A stretch of 54,249 bases of DNA from a virus (lineage: Duplodnaviria; Caudoviricetes), in the IMG/VR virus record IMGVR_UViG_3300027741_000085, positions 1 through 54,249 of that record; one strand, 5' to 3'. The notes beneath the pieces were generated by a model. That model had not been told where the DNA came from. It made no database searches and was given only the letters and a program-made list of their open reading frames with translations. Of this stretch, positions 48,301-54,249 are shown piece by piece. How positions within the stretch are numbered: the first letter of the stretch is position 1; every line of letters begins with the position of its first letter. The translations under genes and the position numbers were made by a program.

Positions 48301-51300
48301 CTTAATTACTCAGTTGCTTCTCCGCAGAGCATTCTAGGAGTAGTCAACGCGGCGCGGATGATGGCTCCTAATTCCGAGATTGGAGGCTTTCTAGTTTCAC
48401 ACAATCATCCGAGTGGCGACCCAGCTCCGAGCAGCGAAGATGTGACCTTCACCAAGCGCATGAAGCAAGCTTCTGATGCTTTGAATATCCCGTTTATCGA
48501 TCATGTCATTACCAATGGACGGAAATATTACTCTTTCTTAGAAAATGATAAATTGGATGATTCAGCAAAGGGAACAAAAAATGATTCATCTTCATTGGGA
48601 TTGGAGACGAAGCACCCCTATGGAGAATTGGCAGACTTTGAAGCTATCCCCGTTGAAGACCGACTAAAGGTTGCGCAACCGGTGGACTCGGCATCCATTA
48701 TTTCCACGCTCCGCACGGCTGACCCTGGCTATGTTCACGCTCTGCACTTAGACACAAGAAAAGGACTCATTGGAGTTACGAGGCATTCAATCGGTTTATT
48801 AGATGACGATCTGGCACGTTCGATCGTGAGCGATACCCAAATGATGGGTGCTGCATCGTTTGCCATATCATTCCCTCGTGAGGATATAAACGTCCAAGCA
48901 ACGGTTCAACCAGTCGTAAAGGGCGTCTATAAAAATCTAACGCTTAAACAACGTTCAGTTGTTGGGGCTCTTATGAGAATGGCTAAACTGATGGGAGTAT
49001 CATTTGTTGATGCTCATGCGTCGAAGATCGGTTCTTTTTACGAAAATGGTTTAATGGAAGCAGTCGCAGAGCACATAGCTGGTGAAGAAAATGTAGTGCG
49101 AGAAGATGGGCCGGAATATACCTCCACACCAAGCGGGGAATCACCATTTGATGAAGACCCTGAGGTAGCTAAAGCCTGGCACGCCTCGAAGGAGCAGGAA
49201 AAACTTACAGACGCTGCTAATGAGTGGAGCCGCATACGCATGGAGGCAGGAAAGCGCCGTGTAATTCAGAGCGAGATTGAGGCAGGTAAAACAACGCAGA
49301 AGCCGGAGACTGGCATGAATGAAGGGCTAGCCACTCTCGGGCGCGCTTTCTTTGCAGGGAAGTTTGATAAGCTGGAAGCAGCGGCTCGTGGGCTTGGTGA
49401 TCTAGTTCGCGGCAATGACATCTCTCAGCACTTCAGTGAGGCCGCCCTCAATGATTACATGGACAAAGTGCGCCAGTCGGTAAAAGAGAGTTTCGGCTCA
49501 CCCTCTTACTGGCACAATCGGCAAAACCGCGCCCGGATGCAGGAGTTCCTAGATAATCTACTACCAACGGCAGCGCGATTGAATGCCGTCGATGTGGAAG
49601 ATGGGGAGTTTAAGTTTGCCGATTTTGACATGAGGGCAGGCGTTATCTTTGAGAATGATGTCAACCGTATGCAGGCAAAGCCGGGGGATGAGATTCTTTG
49701 GAAGACTGCCTCAGGGATTCCAGAAATGCTGAAAATAGGTTCTATGATTATGGAGGATGGGAAACCATCCCAGCCAGGGCAAAGGCGCTTCATGTTAACA
49801 CGGACAATGTCTGAAAGCACTCAGAAGACACTTTATGATCACTTCAAGCAAGAGTTTCCTGAGGGTGCTGCTTGGCTGGATCAATGGATTGATCCCCTGC
49901 TACGTGATGCCACGCAGACGGGGCCGGGCAACGTGCAAGTGCCAGTGTTCAATCGTCACGCTCTACTCAAGAGCTTCAATGACTGGTCCCCTGAGTTAAA
50001 GGAACTCTTTGGGGAACAACCGCTGCCCGGAGTTACTGGCGTGGAAGGCTACACGCCGGATGTGATGGCGCAGAAAGGACTGATTAATGCCATCAGTGCC
50101 GCGCTCCATGGTAACAGCTACTTGAACCGCTTTATGAGCAGTGCTCGCAAGTTCAAGGGCGGAGAACTCAGAGAGACAGGCAACGTTAAAAACCTTTTCG
50201 ATGGTTTCACGGGCCGCGCGATGGATTCGCAGCGCGAGAAAATCCGATTCAAGACTCGGCGAGACATCATTGAGAAGGCTTCCAAATCCAAAGATAAAAT
50301 AGCCAAAGAAAACCGCAGTCAGTATGTCAGTCTCGACGACACGTTCAAGAAGCTCTATGAGGCGCACGTAATCGCCTCTGGTTTGGACCGCACCAAGTTC
50401 CCCGCGCTTACACAGTCGCTTAATCCCGAGCAACGGAGCGCACTTGTTAAACTCTTTGGGGAAATGTATAAAAAATACGGGCAAGGCCTTGTGATCCACA
50501 AGGATATCCACCGCCAACTGATGCTTGGCGCGGCTATGACGCAGACTGAGAACAGTGCGATTAAGGCGCTTCAATGGATCATTGGCCGCCGGAATCGGAA
50601 CATGCTTGTGGATCTAGGCACCTATGCAAAGAACTGGACAGGTAATCTGATTTTTCAGCCTGTAGAGCTGATGAATAGGGTTAATCTCGCCATTGTGAAC
50701 GGGTTAACCGCACCTTTCAGCAGCACCGCACAGCAGGAGGGTGAACTTGCTGCACGGCAGGCAGCGGAACTCTTTAAGGGATTCTTTGCAGACCGCCGCA
50801 TGATGGATCTCTGGACGCTGAATAACGGTCTCGGCGCAGGCATCGGCAAGATTCGCCCTTTTGTTCCTCAGGAAGTTTTCAGTGAGGGTAATAACCTCCG
50901 CTACGATGAGAGTTCCCAAAACAAGACGTCATGGGAGCATTTGAAAAACTTCGATGTAGGGGCCGCGTTTCTGCATGGCATCAAGTATGGGAACATTGAT
51001 ACCCATCCCAAAATGAGCAATACCTATCGGCTGCTCCGCGCCGATGCCGGTATGGTGGCCGCCCGACAGAAGGTGCCAAAAGACCAGCGTGAAGCTTTTA
51101 TCCAGAACTGGATGCTGAACGCACATAAGCAACATCCCGCCGAGTTCCTTCAGGCGTTCAAGGCTAGCCAATCCCGCTTTGGAGATTATGAGAACGTCCC
51201 CTCATGGATGGACCCAACACAATCTATTCTTCCGATTGATTCCTCTGACACCCAAAAGCAGATTGAAAAGCTGCTAAAGAGCGCCATCTGCCCGTTCATC

Positions 51301-52734
51301 CGCTGGAACTACAATATGGCCCGTCAGAGCTATCATCAGAGCTTCGGTGCGCTTGTGAATGCCACTCTTGGAGCGAAAGAGGGCGACTGGAGCAAGGTGC
51401 GGGCAGAAGTGGCCAACGTCATGACGGCGGCAGCGTTGACTGCAGTTGGTGCTTTCATTGTTGGCGCTGGCGGCGGCGCAGGTGATGATGATAAAGAACT
51501 CACCCTGGGAACAAACGAGGATGCTGAAGGTAAATCCATTCCAAAGCAGTTGCGCACCAGCGAGCGTATCAACTGGTCGGAGATCATGCGCCGTCTAACG
51601 GGCGACAAATTAGGAGATACTTATGCCACAGAGGGCGCAGACCATAGCGTGAATGACCAGTGGTATCGCTACAAGAATGACCCGTGGTTACCACAAGCCA
51701 TTATCCTTGGACTGCTGGCCCGTGGACGCGGTGCCGATGCCTTCAAAGCTTCCAAGGATCTTGGAACCGACTACTTCTTGAGTTTTGGAGTTGCGGCTAA
51801 TCTGGCTAAGGCCGTATGGCATACTTCCTCCTATGAGGCCACACAACTAGCCGTGCAGATGGCGGAAGCGCCATTGATTCCAACTAGGTTAGTCGATCAC
51901 ATCAGCAAAGTGGTTGATCCTGTCACGCGCCAGACAGAACCTCGTGTGGCTTTCCGTGGTCAGCCAGGCGAGAACCAGAAAGGCTGGGAGGATTACAAAC
52001 CCGGTGCGTTGGAAGCCCTCAAGATGTCTGTTCCTGGCCTCAGTAAAACACTACCTGCGGCTGGAACTTTGATGAGTGGAGAGGCTGGAAACTTTGACCC
52101 TGAAGCATGGCTGAAGAGTAGGGAAAACGCGATTAAAGGTAAATTCACCAAAGGTGCGCTTACGCCTGAACAGGCATCACAACAATCAGCTTTGCGAAAG
52201 GAACTCAAGGCTAAGAAAATCACACCAGCGGAATATGTCAGTAAGGTTACTTCGCCTGAACTCACTGGCACCAAGCTTTCTAAAGCGGACATGCAGGACG
52301 GTTACAAGCAGGCCATTGCTGATGCCCGAGAACTGGTTAACAACAAATTGAGCCCCGCTCAGGTGGCGCAGCTTTATACTGACTTCGGTATTGTGCCGAC
52401 GCCTGATGACAAAAAGCGTGTAACCAGCATTCCGATGGTGCCGGTCCTAAAGACACTACAAGACCTCGGTATCGGGCCGGAGAGTGTTGGCACCTATGTT
52501 ACTCAGGATAGGCTTGGACGTCCCGTAACCAAGATCAGCGCTCCGAAGCCTGACACCCTGTCTGTCACTGATCCCAAGTGGGAAATATTAAAGGCACTTA
52601 CGGGAACGAACATCCGGCCTATTCCAACCGGAGCAGTAAAGGCTGCCGTCGCTAAAGAAGACTTCTACAAAACCCCGTGGAAGCCTAAGAGGGCATTGAA
52701 TACCCAAGATTGGTTTAGTGGTGCAAAAAAATGA
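39382..52734 (+). CDS. Giant (4450 aa) polyvalent ejection-type protein with ART-like, zincin, inorganic pyrophosphatase and JAB/RadC domains
   Basis: VWHG...G.G.W.T...SPSQLKS (ART-PolyVal-like); GHEWGH; ISVENPAGS...HYGY....DGDH.DVF; HNHPSGDP.PS.ED...DHVI. Confidence 0.85.
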   Translation: MPKAPRTLDDLVAKDPLSQGLKASQQHSLTIGAPQAAAHYERLASQRASTLASKLPPPAAPQAPKEPTAAQLVRQQNAATKQENTATRRQFQNDAVAWFTTAEGKHIPITAPSGGRLVKKDQTPYYYDEKTGQPYRVIGNKAVGVNELGAVSRKAKPDGLVYEHLAQTNSSKDVPVDVNEQNPPGMKEFEQGLKEDQEQVTKGVVSANASVTAHSKAVTQAKQDLAVMNKIGAGDDPVHAALVEKYGQNPATEHDESSGEYTPTEPTDPEELAKKRLGDIYTLAKEQKAQAIIALNTAQAAKDSFFAKKTERLATAREGFAYEARERLPGTGRLATAANDQIIGVVPPPPLPVTKEDALDPVRAAAQAAIRTVTDVSGLNQRVDKDALHFDFRGMPTLPPLHIKTPTSATDSAPDSEIDTDTAPAPEAPIAYSTSVPDTALLPRAAELQSYAKAAGKTDFHATPGLQMQDDGKLMVDMEPPAPAEEAPAPSYPEKLLNMANDAVTKAQMAPFGAAAGYVQDGIKALGEGITKAFDPKTGKPSLVPTERGQRVYDQYGIPSLEMHWQGSEKPGAPVSPSLLANDPYHGLPEYAAAPRDLFPAPDSPSLKGMSEEEIAKAREDVTNQWRANRWEPTKTADFLTRWKAGDDAARREMMAEVDSRQNDLRPELRRLDTKMLWETGQISKQEARTLENIETQRLPGLPDLDMQWAVKGDKNADGPARQKFIEQYLRDNRNTVDFDDATFTAQRDKLLAGVPSDLISDAGQWMKNTTAGALGSSPGMLIDQPVNILVAGAHAVVGALQGKPLSGGQKDLLAEDNKRMGLIAGQTGDSLYNMYAQTRERLRTLTPDGVNRFDEMRQDLAGILADIDNGKRPTEAEFQAVRNRIADRALVVNGVADKSIPQERARAYYDIGNLNSRVGGIFAQYNETRDPNLKDQMITELLAHPGEMQRRDQASQYADPTIAKESWLRTIGEAEEADKLARDRSGFINQITSGYRSGGVAPLTETAVEMASAGLEGWFAKAAERGLGLAEKATMETGRKMAAGEAFEHWWEKLGIKHAAEDAPLTLGDKARNLAVSAAKSAGGVSLTEGAEEIVGGFGQKENTDKDIAMQGLGGAFGGLALMPFFHGQHLVSTGVASGLNAASSFLDNRRQVLADKAAVAKIVETHNRLNPSDPIDFDLAQQARAYLPSHEVVTGAINAATQQMMNAAALPEGPVRDKALQKANDLWHSTFNFQFQNEQAALNAAKEINGLKDQGPEGEALRNVADAALRAVQDGTLTPDQSGWLANYHLPTGEKAAYYAEGTDNTARLKEINQRITELEKQRDQAKQKNKLSIGDFTGKPQTIKYDASQWNAAKSGELESLKKEAESSTNVPHGTPDKGRWIFTDAFRNAVAEVAPQTAAAFFDQTENQQLDAHQQLVNNATSGAPTDTQAAKAASRAGATPGTGANFMGVEGVPSQASSTSAPSAPQSPAARSLVVSPSSGENVGVSAPERGSAADVRASAVGNPVSSTGSYTFPLSYTSKEGLEVKNTPTIKAASLSEAKSKQQSYVAKLEKVGHTDVVAGELSPVMSKATGKQSLQVQEQEQEQQPYIALDWPQQAQSWKIETLKDLLTNVASTYGYALADTGIPTGMHDRWGKALHWGTNLYDKLGDRPPGISPQAETIGHWIDNLSNSGMKREILSRMSEGVNAGSVTGGYLHRVWFGHDALSNMGDIVSKFGVSSVPHYFMALFKDSTTKSGIPLPGVQMLVRSGAVSDKLATKWMSVTLPGMFGAGMAIYGTLRLARTLEGGKLTKTKAVLATLGVGFKVIGGALHAQPFLVLSGLADAALLITHLGDIKRVFAATSKEELNTHAAEVKQEFKQSSQSQPVANDKKNVTLKDDLYPKNHEPGRSSESSVEHVHGQDRGASDTQRGRAPLADGGTQVSNRAGQVAGTETPSALSRGNDGTLQGQSTEGSREGTAATGGLPALNSTALEQGAPQEVNAATDQEEQIPEPAIDEGGGKVVPSRTAPTNNKENSVPAVKRKDKIKLTHKNTFEALKEHFQPGEIVNDYLGKSRVISFTGTNVADWSVKVQGLTKEGEDLPNDVRTHRTFPSAKELQIALNKPPSESEAVDQRAPTNASPETVKSAKDEAYLKAAQAGDLTTAQDMVDAAAKEAGYNIPVWHGLNYGGSKEIEGHSFDFERGRYGKGAWVTTSEEVGNRYGPKNKLKLFLKADRVFTQKDYEQLPENDPIKQAIARNNAKPETLSTVIDFSEAEPLLKARGYDAAAHTRPGSMDGAPSDALHTAYFVFISPSQLKSADPIIRDGSGNIIPLSERFASGPGERREQELTGNPISTLEKQSFSGWSMVDKNGGNSGNSASDVVKFEDVPSHSLTDQQRDNLAALASIWRQDAGATGETGAFTSRRISSVADGRGRSLVEFTQAFEAATGKRIEWVDTPAELPLPWKAAVSPQRSNTIFVHSRAPGNVLALIGHEWGHTLKSQNPALYRDLQTALAKQASREDVKVLRSDLSKHYRRDILNTELTNNVIGDFFTDPEFWRQVGKEEPSLLHRVVQSLQDWFTGLVAKVKSQWGMEKYAKSLDDARQEVVAAFTQAVREGPYSELSNVSDDELVRSGITETDLAAHDAATSPHNNLPEPTQAQKEAGNYKVGRLRLGGMNISVENPAGSTRKGTDGKGKLWSREMKSHYGYFRDTQSRDGDHMDVFVKPGTSADYNGPAFVVNQIDPKTGKFDEHKTILGAQTPEEARALYLDNYDATGPSRIGSIARFSTLENFKKWATEKQRIAPAKEGMEAKRSRRLSDNAEMPTAGVSETNNHAKELAKPNLESYFNYHGLPSSEHAAAESSIRGSFAASPTPYEETAARVSSNGGVDRGAVRSARTHQAAVYQGLINGDIEGTAKSISDGVPLSSLMPQFIGREISGFDIRGAVINSPKELALHALAHRTPYFESVKVVVVDKAHQVIHSQVVHVGSLNYSVASPQSILGVVNAARMMAPNSEIGGFLVSHNHPSGDPAPSSEDVTFTKRMKQASDALNIPFIDHVITNGRKYYSFLENDKLDDSAKGTKNDSSSLGLETKHPYGELADFEAIPVEDRLKVAQPVDSASIISTLRTADPGYVHALHLDTRKGLIGVTRHSIGLLDDDLARSIVSDTQMMGAASFAISFPREDINVQATVQPVVKGVYKNLTLKQRSVVGALMRMAKLMGVSFVDAHASKIGSFYENGLMEAVAEHIAGEENVVREDGPEYTSTPSGESPFDEDPEVAKAWHASKEQEKLTDAANEWSRIRMEAGKRRVIQSEIEAGKTTQKPETGMNEGLATLGRAFFAGKFDKLEAAARGLGDLVRGNDISQHFSEAALNDYMDKVRQSVKESFGSPSYWHNRQNRARMQEFLDNLLPTAARLNAVDVEDGEFKFADFDMRAGVIFENDVNRMQAKPGDEILWKTASGIPEMLKIGSMIMEDGKPSQPGQRRFMLTRTMSESTQKTLYDHFKQEFPEGAAWLDQWIDPLLRDATQTGPGNVQVPVFNRHALLKSFNDWSPELKELFGEQPLPGVTGVEGYTPDVMAQKGLINAISAALHGNSYLNRFMSSARKFKGGELRETGNVKNLFDGFTGRAMDSQREKIRFKTRRDIIEKASKSKDKIAKENRSQYVSLDDTFKKLYEAHVIASGLDRTKFPALTQSLNPEQRSALVKLFGEMYKKYGQGLVIHKDIHRQLMLGAAMTQTENSAIKALQWIIGRRNRNMLVDLGTYAKNWTGNLIFQPVELMNRVNLAIVNGLTAPFSSTAQQEGELAARQAAELFKGFFADRRMMDLWTLNNGLGAGIGKIRPFVPQEVFSEGNNLRYDESSQNKTSWEHLKNFDVGAAFLHGIKYGNIDTHPKMSNTYRLLRADAGMVAARQKVPKDQREAFIQNWMLNAHKQHPAEFLQAFKASQSRFGDYENVPSWMDPTQSILPIDSSDTQKQIEKLLKSAICPFIRWNYNMARQSYHQSFGALVNATLGAKEGDWSKVRAEVANVMTAAALTAVGAFIVGAGGGAGDDDKELTLGTNEDAEGKSIPKQLRTSERINWSEIMRRLTGDKLGDTYATEGADHSVNDQWYRYKNDPWLPQAIILGLLARGRGADAFKASKDLGTDYFLSFGVAANLAKAVWHTSSYEATQLAVQMAEAPLIPTRLVDHISKVVDPVTRQTEPRVAFRGQPGENQKGWEDYKPGALEALKMSVPGLSKTLPAAGTLMSGEAGNFDPEAWLKSRENAIKGKFTKGALTPEQASQQSALRKELKAKKITPAEYVSKVTSPELTGTKLSKADMQDGYKQAIADARELVNNKLSPAQVAQLYTDFGIVPTPDDKKRVTSIPMVPVLKTLQDLGIGPESVGTYVTQDRLGRPVTKISAPKPDTLSVTDPKWEILKALTGTNIRPIPTGAVKAAVAKEDFYKTPWKPKRALNTQDWFSGAKK

Positions 52735-52768
52735 TGACGAAATGAGGTTCTCAGGTTTTAATGTAATC

Positions 52769-53209
52769 ATGAATCTGCGAACCTTACTCGTCGTGTTGTT
52801 GGCAGTGCCGCTGTCATCTTGTGATAAGCCAGAGCTACCTAAGCCACCACTGAACTCAGATGGGTCACTAAACATCAATCATGTTGCTTGGCTGGCGGCT
52901 AATCGATCCAGCTTAGGGAGTGATGATAAAGATTACCCCCTTGAGGTTACGTTTAGAGATACTGTGTCCTCCGTGAATCGTGCTCCAAGTGGACAGTGGT
53001 ATCTTCATTTTGGAGGTTCTTACCCTACTCAGGTTCTGAGTGTTTGGGTGCCTAAGACTTACTCAAAGCGGTGGAGAGCTCCATATTTTGATTCATTGGT
53101 AGGGCAGCGCGTTGAAGTCAGCGGCTTTGTTCGTTACTACCATGACCAACTAGAGGTTGTGGTTCATGACTCTAAACAGGTGACCTTACTGACTTCAAAT
53201 TCTCAATAA
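52769..53209 (+). CDS. Lipoprotein with an OB-fold-like domain
   Basis: LSSC lipobox; YLHFG..YP....VW...GQRVEVSG.V. Confidence 0.65.
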   Translation: MNLRTLLVVLLAVPLSSCDKPELPKPPLNSDGSLNINHVAWLAANRSSLGSDDKDYPLEVTFRDTVSSVNRAPSGQWYLHFGGSYPTQVLSVWVPKTYSKRWRAPYFDSLVGQRVEVSGFVRYYHDQLEVVVHDSKQVTLLTSNSQ

Positions 53210-53218
53210 CAGAATACA

Positions 53219-53920
53219 TTAACGAAGCCTTCCAGATTCGACATTATGTCTGTAAAGTTGGCGTCCGATAGACTTGAGTTTTAACATGCCACTAGCTGTA
53301 AAGTTTGGAATACAGCCCGTTAATTCATGTTTCAGGTGTTCAGCGTTTTCTGAGAAAAGCTCTAGGTTATCTGGATCGTTGTTGGCAACGTCCTTGTCTT
53401 TGTGATGCACCACTTCTAGCCGCGTAAGATATCGGCCTAGTTTTTTTTCCATCACGAGCCTATGCTCTCTGACATACCCGTGTCGGTTTGCAAAGGGATG
53501 GTCTGGAGATTTGATCAAAATATAGCCATGTTTATCTACTGTTTTCCCGCCGGACCAAAAGGGATTTGTGTCTAGTTTCCAAGCTTTACCACGTAGTGAC
53601 TTTAGTCCTAGCTGCCTCATCCTATTTTCAATAGTGGGCTGAGAAAGCTTTAGCCGCTTACCTATTTCTGTGGTTGATAGTTTCTGATTGATGAGGCTCT
53701 TGAGTTCATCTTCATCAATTTTCGCTTTGCGCTGCTGGTGACGTAGATGGACAGCTTCGCTTCTTGATCGTATTTTTACTCCTCGATCGGCCAAGCATTG
53801 TTTAATCCTATAGGTCGAGATTTTGTATTTGTTGGCCAACGTCACCATGTCAACATTCGCCAGATATTCCGTCTCAATAGAAAGCGCTATTTCGGCTTGG
53901 ATAGGAGGTGGGAGGGCCAT
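53219..53920 (-). CDS. HNH homing endonuclease with N-terminal HTH repeats
   Basis: GY....P.HP....GYV.EHRLVME..LGR.L...EVVHH.D....NN..DNL. Confidence 0.88.
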   Translation of the reverse strand: MALPPPIQAEIALSIETEYLANVDMVTLANKYKISTYRIKQCLADRGVKIRSRSEAVHLRHQQRKAKIDEDELKSLINQKLSTTEIGKRLKLSQPTIENRMRQLGLKSLRGKAWKLDTNPFWSGGKTVDKHGYILIKSPDHPFANRHGYVREHRLVMEKKLGRYLTRLEVVHHKDKDVANNDPDNLELFSENAEHLKHELTGCIPNFTASGMLKLKSIGRQLYRHNVESGRLR

Positions 53921-53990
53921 TTGTTTTTATAAATGCATGTGGAGCGTTGTCAACTATTTGCCATTGGCTACTAATTTGCTTTAGTGTGAC

Positions 53991-54249
53991 ATGTGTTTGC
54001 ACCTTTCTTGTTTTTCACCTTTCAATCACAACGTCAAAACTAGTGAGGATGAAGGCAGTAGTGGCCACGCGCAGCCCCTTCGCTCTCATGTGCGGACACC
54101 CCACGGCTTGCGCACGATTGGCTCTCTCCGGTTGGGTGAAGACCTCTCCAGTCCTGATGGTGAGCCTTCACAGGTGAAAGGCATCTATCCGCAAGGAGTG
54201 CAAAAGGTCTATCGAGTCACCTTGGCAAATGGTAAAAGCACCCGTGTTA
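53991..54249 (+). CDS. Partial ORF: short leader then intein/Hint N-terminal region starting at Ala (54069), truncated by the window edge
   Basis: Manual translation ...GH/AQPLRSHVRTPHGLRTIGSLRLGEDLSSPDGEPSQVKGIYPQGVQKVYRVTLANGKSTRV. Confidence 0.75.
   Translation, partial: MCLHLSCFSPFNHNVKTSEDEGSSGHAQPLRSHVRTPHGLRTIGSLRLGEDLSSPDGEPSQVKGIYPQGVQKVYRVTLANGKSTRV

Noticed and set aside
29700-52734. Diversity-generating retroelement or shufflon as the explanation for the repeats
   Set aside because: No reverse transcriptase, no evident adenine-specific variation, and the repeats are direct rather than inverted.
54030-54041. AACGTCAAAACT identical to the start of attC A3
   Set aside because: No complementary right arm or GTT box follows; probably chance.

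Overview
Most of a temperate tailed-phage genome. The host is probably a PVC-group bacterium such as a verrucomicrobe; this is inferred only from protein and attC style. Left to right: a leftward early operon; a cI/cro-like switch with three operators; a rightward early and replication operon (excisionase-like HTH, ASCH, truncated C5-methyltransferase, initiator with origin, DnaC-like loader); terS/terL inverted relative to the portal; head, lysis and tail genes; collagen next to a 2OG-Fe(II) oxygenase; two giant paralogous polyvalent virion proteins; an intact attP (3' half of tRNA-Asp plus arm repeats); a tyrosine integrase; and an HNH gene. The most striking feature is three arrays of integron-type gene cassettes embedded in phage operons (1-1279, 9167-10343, 34561-36099). 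Ten clear attC-like hairpins carry extrahelical bases, and most cassettes have complementary 7-bp ends. One 264-bp cassette is duplicated exactly from AAC to AAC, and two arrays end in the same 34-bp attI-like site. All cassette ORFs run antisense to the classical orientation, and many take their stop codon and C-terminal tail from the next cassette's attC. Also present: a probable split class-3-type intein, a tRNA-fMet-like cloverleaf inside a CDS, about 17 copies of an AATTAGTYRAC motif, and probable leaderless late promoters. All calls come from reading the sequence by eye; no searches were run.
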